NCBI RefSeq assembly: GCF_009914755.1
Contig: NC_060933.1
DNA from: the human T2T-CHM13v2.0 reference genome, Homo sapiens
Direction: 5' to 3' (one strand)
Length of the DNA: 64,000 nucleotides
Below the pieces are notes generated by a model, which saw only the letters and a program-made list of their open reading frames with translations, was not told where the DNA came from and made no database searches. Below, in pieces: positions 1-24,837 of this stretch. The first letter of the stretch is position 1. Each line of letters begins with the position of its first letter. Position numbers and translations under genes: made by a program.

Positions 1-46
1 ACAATCATATGCCACCATGCCCAACCAACTTTTTTTTTTTTTTTTT

Positions 47-5640
<5,594 letters not shown>

Positions 5641-6398
5641 AATCTTCTATTACTTTCTTGTGTGTCCTTCCCAAGTTCACAGAAAACACAAGCTGACAGA
5701 AATCCATTCTTTCCCACGGTTGCTGGCACGGATGCTGCTGTGTGACAGCACAAGTTCATGTGCTTGAGGGTCTCCTGGCCACAGCCAGCCCCAGGCTTGC
5801 CCTGGACAGGCGGGCTTCAGATTCCCCCCAAGGTTCTATGCCATTGAGTTGGAGGACAAGAGCTTCCCCACTGTCCAGCGTTGAAGCAAACCTCCCTCCA
5901 GGTCCCACCCCTCCCCACGCCTTTGTCCTTTTATCAGGGATTGCCCTGGGGGAGCCCCCCTGGGGAGCTGATGAGGAGGGAGCCTCTGTGCCCCGTGCAC
6001 TGGCCTGAGGGGGTGAGGCCAGGGCTGGGGCTGCTGCAGGGGACTCTGGCCCGGAGCTGCGGCTGCCTTCCTGGAAACACTCCTGTCAGATGACTGCAGA
6101 GTGAGAGTGAAACCAGCTTCCCTTGGAGGCTGCAGCACAGGGCTGACATGCAAACGTCTGAAAAAGAGGCAAGCTCTCGGTGTGAGCAAGTGGACTGCGG
6201 CTATTTGAGGTGGGCACTTCCCCTGGGGACAGCACCAGGCACACAAGGGTCCCTTGTTCATGGTCCCGTGGGGGGCCCAGCTTGGACATTCTGCCTCCTG
6301 GCTCCATGTGCAAGCTGGGCTCTGTCGTCCCAAGACCTGAGTAAAAGGACATGAGGTGTGAGCCTTCAAGGGCGCCAACCACGCCCAAGGGAAGCCAA

Positions 6399-6490
6399 GC
6401 ATCCACAGAGCCCTGCTGGGCACAGAGGGCAGACGCAGCCGCTGGATTTCAGATGCATCCACAGAGCCCTGCTGGGCACAGGGCAGATGC
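6399..6490 (+). repeat. Short tandem duplication (about 35 bp core, 56-bp period)
   Basis: gcatccacagagccctgctgggcacag(a)gggcaga at 6399 and 6455. Confidence 0.85.
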
Positions 6491-7065
6491 CAGTGGCATG
6501 GCGGCCCCTCACCTCCCGTGCTCTGCAGGCCCAGTAGGTAGCTGTGGGGTCCTCCCTGGCCAGGCCAGTGAGTGGCTGGCATCCACGGCAGCATCTGCTG
6601 TGGTCCATGGTCATGCCGCCCCTCCAGGGACACTGGCACCCTCGTCAGGACACGGAGCCCAGGACAGCAGCTGCATGTGTCCATCTCCAGGTTCCAACTG
6701 CTGCCCTCCTTCCTGCTCCTGCAACCCCCATCCTCAGGCAGTGAGAGGGTGCTGGGGCTTCTCCTGAGACTGCCCGGGGACATACCCTCCCCCTGCCCCT
6801 GCTGGAGGCCTGGGTGGCTGACTTTTGCTTTCTTTTCGGCAGGAAGGAGCCCACGTGGGAATCCCCTGAGCTGCGCCATGGCCAGAGTGAGTCACCCCTT
6901 TCCAGCCAGCAAACAAGGCGAGTCCCCAGGCCAAGGTGTCACAGCTTCCAAGCTGGTGGGCGGGGTGGGGAGGCCGCTTCCCAATCAGTGTGTGCCTCTG
7001 CCTCTCAGTCAGGCTGGTATCAACTTGCTATGCCTTACAGGCCTGTCATCACAATCAATATTATT

Positions 7066-10060
<2,995 letters not shown>

Positions 10061-10629
10061 TTAATACCTTACTTAAGTGTGCAGTATTCTTTTAGTCCTG
10101 TTTCTCATAAATGTTACCCAAATTGAGGCGCCGCTCTGCGCCCGGCACCGGGGGAGGCGGAGGGACCCGCAGGTGTCGGGTAGGTGCGGCCGCCCCGCCA
10201 GGGCCCCGCGTCCCGCGCGCAACGCGCGCCTCGTGGGAACCGGTGTCGCCCGGCTTGGGCTCCCGGCTCACCTCTCGGGTGTGCGGCAGGGGTCTCCGCC
10301 CCGGGGCCACGGGAGGGGAAGCAAGGGCCTCGCTGTCTCGCCGCACCTGGGGAAGGGACCCAATTAGCGCGGACCCCACAGCGCAGCACCTCACCAGCTC
10401 CCCGCACCAACGCCCCGGCGCGCTCTTTGAGGAAAAAGCAGAGGGCGACTTAGGTACCCACGCCGTCTCAGCGCCGACCAATCGGCGCACGCTGCGGCTC
10501 CTGCGGGCTCGCTGGTTGGCTCCGGCGTCAGTCCGTCAGGCGCGCTCGGAGCGGGGCGTATCTGGCCAATGGCTCTCGCTACAGCTTCCTGAGGGCTGGC
10601 TGGTTGGCTCCCATGTCCGTCCGTCAGGC

Positions 10630-10715
10630 GCACGCGGCGGAGCGGCGGCGGCGGCGGCGGCGTTGGGGGCGGTAGCTGGGCGGGCCCTTAGTTCCGGGCG
10701 CGCTGCGACCGTTGG
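10630..10715 (+). other. TRAF2: TRAF2 exon 1 (5'UTR; start approximate)
   Basis: Donor TGG|GTGAGG at 10715/10716 inside the CpG island; joins to exon 2 (…gaccgttgg|ggctttgttcg…). Confidence 0.85.
10642..10662 (+). repeat. (GCG)7 trinucleotide repeat at/in exon 1
   Basis: gcggcggcggcggcggcggcg, preceded by an interrupted gcggcgga. Confidence 0.95.
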
Positions 10716-10726
10716 GTGAGGCGAGC

Positions 10727-10804
10727 GCGGGGTCGGGTGCGGGGTCGGGCGCGGGCGCGGGGTCGGGTGCGGGGTCGGGCGCGGGGTCGGGCGCAGGCGC
10801 GGGC
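10727..10804 (+). repeat. GC-rich 12-bp tandem repeat (CGGGGTCGGGYG)n at start of intron 1
   Basis: Five near-identical dodecamers plus 6-bp half units read directly. Confidence 0.9.
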
Positions 10805-10906
10805 ACCTCTCAGGGAGACTCCGGGCCGGAGCGGGAGCGGGGGCGGGAGAGGCCGCGGGGCGGGGGCGGGGCCAGCCCGAGGGGATTTCTCTGAGCCGCT
10901 GGGCCG

Positions 10907-10977
10907 GAAACCAAGTCCGAGCGTGGCTGGCGCGGGAAAGTTCGGGAACGCGCGCGGCCGTGCTCGGAGCAGCGCCA
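10907..10977 (+). ncRNA. MIR4479: MIR4479 precursor hairpin (mature about 10951-10972, CGCGCGGCCGUGCUCGGAGCAG)
   Basis: Matches my recollection of hsa-mir-4479; arms tccgagcgtggctggcgcg (10916-10934) and cgcgcggccgtgctcgga (10951-10968) are complementary. Confidence 0.8.
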
Positions 10978-12035
10978 GGGCACGGTCCGGGGTTTTGCGC
11001 GGGGTCGCGGCTCCCAGTACCGCCTGAGGCCCGTGGGCGGCCCACCCGGCCCTGCCCCGTCCCGGGTCCGTCGCTCCCCCGCACCCTGTCGCCCCTCCAC
11101 GCTCAGCTGTGGGCCCCTCGTGTCCCCGAAGCCCCGCACCCTCAGCCGGCTGCGTGCTCGGGAGGGTCAGGGGCGCCTCCGACCCCTGAGTTTGCCAGCG
11201 CCCCCCAGCCAGGGGTCGGGGAAGACCAGTGAGGCTGGGGGCGGAGCCGACTCTGCTGCCTTCCTGCCCAGTGGCTGGGGAGACCCAGGCTGAGCCTGGG
11301 TGAAAAGTCCCTCTGGCTGCTGGGAGGGTCGGGGGCAGCAAGGAGCCAGTGCGGGGATGGGCTGCGGTGGACCGGGCCGGGATCGGGGCCGGGGCCTGGT
11401 CCTGGCAGTAGCAGGGGATGTTTGTGGAAGGTAGAGCCGAGAAAAAGAGGAGTTGCAATGTCTGCAAGAATCTGGCGTGAGCAGCTGAAGGCTGGTGCTT
11501 CCTAGGCCAAGATGAAGGAGTCACAGCGCCCATGGCCTCTCGGGAGGCGGCCAGATGGGCAGCCTGGGGTCAGGGGAACGGTCAGGGCCAGAGCTGGGTA
11601 TTTTGGAGTTGTCATTTTGAGGCCCCGAGGGCTGAGGGTCAGTGCAGAAGAGCACCAAGCCTCCACTCGGTGTAGGGCCGACAGGGGGTGGGGTGTCTGG
11701 CAGCCGGTGAAGACGGGGCTCGGAGGAGGAGGGAGTCTGGTCTGGGTCAAGTCAAGGGAAACTAGGACTGAGAACGGACCCTGCTCTGTGGCCACATGAT
11801 TTTGAAGGGACGGAATTACTGCCCTGTAACTCAGTCTCTCTCCCTGTTAATAGCCCTAGTTTTTAATAAGAGGAACTGAATGTATTAATGGGTGGACACT
11901 TGTAAGGTTCAAGATCTCCTCTTCTACCACGCTTGCTTCTGATACTTTTGTATAAACAGTTGTTAAGAGTTTAGGTTGTTATCAAGCTTCTATTTGGTAT
12001 TATTTTGAGCCTGAAAAAGATGGGGTTACATATAA

Positions 12036-13925
<1,890 letters not shown>

Positions 13926-14411
13926 TCAGTTGGTCACCGCATGTGTGAGAGTTCCCCCCACACTTATTCAGTCGGTCACCACTTGTGTGAGAGTCGCCCC
14001 TGCATGCTCATTCAGTCGGTCACTACATTTGTGACAGTCATCCCCGCATGCTCATTCAGTCGGTCACCGCATGTGTGATAATCACCCCCGCATGCTTGTT
14101 CAGCTCGTCACCGCGTGTGTGAGAGTCCCCACCGCACGCTCGTTCAGCCGGTCACCGCGTGTGTGAGTCCCCACCGCACGCTCGTTCAGCCGGTCACCGC
14201 GTGTGTGAGTCCCCCCCGCACGCTCGTTCAGCCGGTCACCGCGTGTGTGAGTCCCCACCGCACGCTCGTTCAGCCGGTCACCGCGTGTGAGTCCCCACTG
14301 CACGCTCGTTCAGCCGGTCACCGTGTGTGTGAGAGTCCCCACCGCACGCTCGTTCAGTCGGTCACCGCATGTGTGAGAGTCCCCACCACACGCTCGTTCA
14401 GCCGGTCACCA
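13926..14411 (+). repeat. Minisatellite, about 11-12 copies of a 40-44-bp unit (gctcgttcagccggtcaccgcgtgtgtgagtccccaccgcac)
   Basis: gtcac anchor at 13933, 13975, 14019, 14063, 14107, 14151, 14193, 14235, 14277, 14317, 14361, 14405. Confidence 0.95.
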
Positions 14412-15107
14412 CGGGGGTGGCACTTTTGTTTTTAGCTGACTTAGCTGATAGAATTGGGAGTTTTAGAGTAAAACTGATCTGGAAGCCTGAAAAAACCAGC
14501 AGCACATTGTTCGTTTCCAGGTTGAATCGCTCCTAGCTGACCCCTCACGTCTCTTATGATACGTACAGAAAGCAAGAGCAGCCCATGCCGTCCGGCCGCG
14601 CACCAGGTCTCAGTCTGTGTGTCTGGTTCAGGTGACCATGGTGTTCAGTTCAGTTCCTCCTGCCTCGTGTGTAGGCCACTGAGAGCTCCCTAGTCTAAGC
14701 CGGAGGAGGTTCTGGTAAGTGCTAGGCACAGTGGAAGTCGGATTCCAACATGTGCGCAAATTGGGGCACTGTCAGAAGTGTGCTAAAATCTTGGTGTAGC
14801 ACTTTTGAGCCTTCGTGGTGGTTTTCATTAGTTCTTAAAATGTATTTATGAATGAGATTCAAATAAAATGTTTAAGGAATCTCTAAGCACAAAGAACCCC
14901 AGAGTGTAGTGTGGGCATCAGTGGGACCTCAGGGTCCCCTGACCGGGCTGCCTGCCGTGTCCTGGCTGTCTGGGGTTGTGTTTTCATTTGGAAACAGGAA
15001 TAATGATCCCCGACCTTCCAGCCGTGTCAGGATGTCACGATGGCCACGTGAGGCCGTGTCTGTGAGAAGCGTCTGCCGGTGGTGGAGGACGTGCACTTTG
15101 TTGTGAA

Positions 15108-18516
<3,409 letters not shown>

Positions 18517-19003
18517 TGGTAGTGGCCCTTTTTCAGGGGTTTACAGGTAAACTTTCCTTCCACTTTTTGAGATCTGGGGACATTACATGGGAGTTGGAGG
18601 CAAGTCTCGGAAGGCTGCTGGGCCTTGTCCTGGGCGCAGGCTTCTTAGGCCCACCTCAGGGTTGCCAAGGGGCAGGTGTGCAGATCCATAGGGACCAGCA
18701 CCGGGGCTCTTCCAAGCAGGGCAAAGGTGTTAAGGGAACAGAGGAGAGCAGGGGGATTGGGGGCATCATGAGGATGGTGGGGGACAAGGCCAGATGGGGC
18801 TAAACCCAGTGGCTGGGTTTCCTTCTGAGTGCCCAGGATGTTCCTAGGGAGCCCTCAGTGAGGGGTGCCCTATTGTGGGTATGAAGGAGGAGCAGAGAGC
18901 AGGGTCGGGGCCAGAGAAGGGGCTAGTGCTGGCAGCATGGAGGCAGAGCCAGTGGAATTGGCCTGTGATTGGACAAGGAATGGGCTCAGAAAGCATCCTG
19001 GAT

Positions 19004-19170
19004 AGCTGGGCATGGAGGTGCACTCACCTGTAGTCCCAGCCACTGGAGAAACTGGCGGGAGGATCGCTTGAGCCCAGGACTTCCAACCTGTAGTGTGCAT
19101 GATCACACTTGTGAATAGACAGCGTACTCCAGCTAGGGAAACATAGTGAGACCCCTGTTTCTAAAGAAAA
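19004..19170 (+). mobile_element. FAM (fossil Alu monomer)
   Basis: Single monomer retaining the FAM-diagnostic internal segment atgatcacacttgtgaatag before cactccagc. Confidence 0.7.
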
Positions 19171-19729
19171 ATGAAAGCCTCCTGGGTTTGGCTGAGTCCC
19201 TGGTGAATGGTGGAGCGGTCCTGAGAGCTGGGAAGACCTCTTTCTGGCACAGCAACCGGGGCAGAGGTGAGAGGAGAAGGGCCTCAGCAGTGTTCTGGCC
19301 TTTTGGGTTCATCCAAAACTTGCCGGTCCTGGGCCTGCTGGGAGAGGTCAGCCCCTTTCAGGTGAGCAGCTCTGGGGCCGGGTGACCCACGCCACCGTGT
19401 CGGGCACACAGTGGTGCTTCGTTTTCCTCACTCCTGGGGCCACAGCCTTCCTGCTGCGGTTCTGCCTGGTGGGTGGGTCCATGCTGCTTTGAGGAGGCAA
19501 GTGACCTAAGGCTTCCGGGACACTCTTTTGGCAACTTGGGCCTTGGAAGGACAGCAGAGCAGGTGTGCAGTGTTAGGACCTGTGGCTGAGCTGACCTAAC
19601 AGCCTGCCTGGAGGCATCAGTCAGGCTCAAGTAGAACAGCAAGGCCCCCATCTTGGGGCTGTCGTCCAGGCACAGAGCGGTCAGCATCTACTGTCCTTCC
19701 TGGAGAAAAAAGGGAAAATGCATTTGTCA

Positions 19730-21062
<1,333 letters not shown>

Positions 21063-21618
21063 AGTTGTAGTTCGTTGAGAGGGAGACAGACCTCGAGGAA
21101 ATGCTTGGTGTGCCTGCCGGGTGACTGCTCGCTCTCCTTGTCTGCTCACTCTGCCCAGTGAATGGGTCTAGGCATCCTCATTGTTCCCTTCCTCTGTCCT
21201 CAACATCAGCCCAACCCTGACCAGGCCCCTTCCTGAGGTTCCCACACAACAGGGGCTCCATGTTCAGAAGGGGAGAGAGAAACCCACCTGGGGATGCTCT
21301 GTAAGGAGAGCAGAGCCCAGTGGAGTCTCTGCCCGGGACGCTGAGGAAGAGCTGCGGTTAATTCAAAAGGAAGGGTGAGGTGCAGGTATTGGCTGGACGA
21401 TGCTCAGAGAAGCAGGAAGAGTGGGCATGGCACTGAGTGGCTGAGGCCATCACTGGTGGCCTTGGTGCTTAGAGAGGCAGAAGGAGAGGGCATGGTGCAG
21501 GGCGCTGAGGCCGTCTGTGGCTGCCTTGGTGGGGCTTACTGAGTTCTAGTGGACAGCAAGGTGCCAGGGCAGGGCTGGCACATGGAGGGCTCTGAAGGCC
21601 ATGTGTATAGTCTAAAGT

Positions 21619-22504
21619 GAGGGAAACCCGTGGTAGCTAAAGGGAATGCACTAGCCAGCCCCAGGTGCGCCACATTCCTGCTCTAGGGGCTGGAGGGAAA
21701 CCCGTGGTAGCTAAAGGGAATGCACTAGCCAGCCCCAGGTGTGCTACGTTCCGCTCTCGGGGCTGGAGGGGAACCCGTGGTAGCTAAAGGGAGTGCACTA
21801 GGCAGCCCCAGGTGTGCTACGTTCCCGCTCTCGGGGCTGGAGGGAAACCCGTGGTAGCTAAAGGGAATGCACTAGGCAGCCCCAGGTGTGCTACGTTCCC
21901 GCTCTCAGGGCTGGAGGGGAACCCGTGGTAGCTAAAGGGAGTGCACTAGCCAGCTCCAGGTGTGCTACGTTCCGCTCTCGGGGCTGGAGGGGAACCCGTG
22001 GTAGCTAAAGGGAGTGCACTAGCCAGCTCCAGGTGTGCTACGTTCCGCTCTCGGGGCTGGAGGGGAACCCGTGGTAGCTAAAGGGAGTGCACTAGCCAGC
22101 TCCAGGTGTGCTACATTCCCGCTCTCGGGGCTGGAGGGGAACCCGTGGTAGCTATAGGGAGTGCACTAGCCAGCCTCAGGTGTGCTACGTTCCCGCTCTC
22201 GGGGCTGGAGGGGAACCCGTGGTAGCTAAAGGGAGTGCACTAGCCAGCCTCAGGTGTGCTACGTTCCCGCTCTCGGGGCTGGAGGGGAACCCGTGGTAGC
22301 TATAGGGAGTGCACTAGCCAGCCTCAGATGTGCTACGTTCCCGCTCTCAGGGCTGGAGGGGAACCCGTGGTAGCTAAAGGGAGTGCACTAGCCAGCTCCA
22401 GGTGTGCTACATTCCCGCTCTCGGGGCTGGAGGGGAACCCGTGGTAGCTAAAGGGAGTGCACTAGCCAGCCCCAGGTGTGCTACATTCCCGCTCTAGGGG
22501 CTGG
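21619..22504 (+). repeat. VNTR, 12 copies of a 73-74-bp unit (gagggRaacccgtggtagctaaagggaRtgcactagccagcYccaggtgtgctacRttcccgctctcggggctg)
   Basis: acccgtggtagcta anchor at 21626, 21700, 21773, 21847, 21921, 21994, 22067, 22141, 22215, 22289, 22363, 22437. Confidence 0.97.
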
Positions 22505-23057
22505 TCTGGCGGCATGGCTCTCTCCTGAGTGCCTTCAGAGCCTGAGTGCCAGCAGGCAGGCGTCTCCTGCCCAGTGGGTTTGGTAAGATATATTTCAGAA
22601 GGCATCCACCACTCTAAAACATGCTTATTGCAGGAACCATGGGGGAGACCAAAGGGCCTAGAGCCTTGAGAACCTCTGACCATTAGTGTTAACAGGAAGG
22701 CAGCCTGTTCCCCTAGCTGGGGAGGGGGTTGTGCGTGGCAGGAAGCCCGTGCGTCTGTGTCTCTTTGGAGCTGTGGGTTGGTTGTGTGGACGCCAGCTGT
22801 GTGGTCCCCAGCCTCACTGAGCCTGAGTTTCCATACTAGCGGCGGGAGATGGGACTAGAGGGTCTCCAAGGCTCCCTGAAGCTCTGCGATTCTGCTTCTC
22901 TGAGTCTTGACCGCAGGTCAGTGGGGACCCGGCCCCTCACCATCGCCTGCTACTGATCACCATTGGTTTGGTTTTGTCTCGAGGACTGTTCTGGAATTGA
23001 GGTGTAACGTGCTGTGTGTTCTTCCTTAGGGCTTTGTTCGCGGGGGTCACAGCTCTC

Positions 23058-23245
23058 ATGGCTGCAGCTAGCGTGACCCCCCCTGGCTCCCTGGAGTTGC
23101 TACAGCCCGGCTTCTCCAAGACCCTCCTGGGGACCAAGCTGGAAGCCAAGTACCTGTGCTCCGCCTGCAGAAACGTCCTCCGCAGGCCCTTCCAGGCGCA
23201 GTGTGGCCACCGGTACTGCTCCTTCTGCCTGGCCAGCATCCTCAG
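23058..23245 (+). CDS. TRAF2: TRAF2 exon 2 coding part (exon begins 23030); N-terminus and RING N-half (CSAC...CGHRYCSFC)
   Basis: Acceptor cttccttAG|G at 23029/23030; ATG at 23058; donor CAG|gtgcat. Confidence 0.98.
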
Positions 23246-23384
23246 GTGCATGGGGCCTGCAGGCTGGGAGGAGGGGCAGGCAGGCTAGGCTGGTTTTAGA
23301 GCCACGCTGCCCAGCCTGGTAGCTCCCAGCAGAGCCGGGTCCAGCTTAGATGTGCTCCAGTTATCGATACTCCCTGGATTTCGG

Positions 23385-23565
23385 AGGTTTACCACAAAGA
23401 ATGTAAAATTAATAATTTTAAAATAGCAATTTGAAATACGATTTTGGATACATGGGGTTAAATATAGTACGTCATTACAGTTAATTTTATCTTTTTATTA
23501 TTTTTAATGTGAGTACTGGAAAGTTTAAAGTGCCACCTACTGCTCACTTTTTGGCTGCTCTAGGC
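23385..23565. mobile_element. hAT-Charlie DNA-transposon relic (MER33/MER3-like)
   Basis: AT-rich patch with ttttggatacatggggttaaatata...aatgtgagtactggaaagtttaaa resembling the recalled MER3/MER33 consensus. Confidence 0.55.
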
Positions 23566-23910
23566 AGCTAAGACAGCCGCCTTCCTTGCAGCGAGTGGTC
23601 TGAGAGGTGTGGCCTGTGCACATCGGCAGCAGCTCGGCCTGTCGGGAGAGCCGGCAATACCTGAGTTACTGCAGCAGATGTCCTTGGCGGTTCAGGCGTG
23701 CCTTCCTCAAAAACGGAGTGATAAAAACAGTGTGCTGTGAATACTGGGGTTTAAAACATGTCCTGTTAACATTTGCCTGCTGTTGGTTTCACTAAGGATG
23801 AGAAAGTTTAAACTGTGGTGTGGAGGTAGGTTTTTGAACTGAAGCAAATGGTGTTTGTTTTTTGCATTAGGTTTCACAGTGGGTTGTTTTTTGCCTTTTT
23901 TCCCCACTAG

Positions 23911-23989
23911 CTCTGGGCCTCAGAACTGTGCTGCCTGTGTTCACGAGGGCATATATGAAGAAGGCATTTCTATTTTAGAAAGCAGTTCG
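23911..23989 (+). CDS. TRAF2: TRAF2 exon 3; RING C-half (SGPQNCAACVHEGIYEEGISILESSS)
   Basis: ttccccactAG| acceptor; TCG|gtaagt donor; 79 nt restores frame. Confidence 0.98.
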
Positions 23990-24037
23990 GTAAGTAAAAT
24001 GTCTTGAAGCTAAAAATGTTGAACAGAAAATGTCTTA

Positions 24038-24507
<470 letters not shown>

Positions 24508-24738
24508 GGCCGCCAGAAGTTGTCCCTTAGCAGACTCCTGAAGTTTAGGGTTTGGAAACTTTGGCATCAAGGTGAGTCCAAAAATAAAAAGGAATCAGAG
24601 AGTCATCCTCTGCTCCTGGAGTGGCCTGGAAAGGCGATGTGACGCAGTATTGGTTGGTTTGGACGTGTGGTCTGTGTTCCTTGGTTGCTGCAGGGAGTCT
24701 GGGAGGAGGTTTAACCCGAGGGATATTCCTCTCCCCAG

Positions 24739-24837
24739 GCCTTCCCAGATAATGCTGCCCGCAGGGAGGTGGAGAGCCTGCCGGCCGTCTGTCCCAGTGA
24801 TGGATGCACCTGGAAGGGGACCCTGAAAGAATACGAG
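24739..24837 (+). CDS. TRAF2: TRAF2 exon 4 (AFPDNAARREVESLPAVCPSDGCTWKGTLKEYE)
   Basis: ctccccAG| acceptor; GAG|gtaaag donor; 99 nt. Confidence 0.98.

Noticed and set aside
5836-6879. 347-aa minus-strand ORF
   Set aside because: Pro/Gly/Ser/Trp/Cys-rich with no recognisable domain; several overlapping frames are also open, as expected in GC-rich DNA
10092-11533. Many overlapping ORFs across the CpG island
   Set aside because: Stop-codon depletion from extreme GC content and simple repeats
21619-22504. Regularly spaced repeats resembling a CRISPR array (also 13926-14411)
   Set aside because: No unique spacers, whole units repeat, and there are no cas genes; these are eukaryotic minisatellites
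23246-23270. Equivalent of rodent TRAF2A (7-aa RING insertion through a downstream donor)
   Set aside because: No GT donor 21 nt downstream in this sequence (gtgcatggggcctgcaggctggg)
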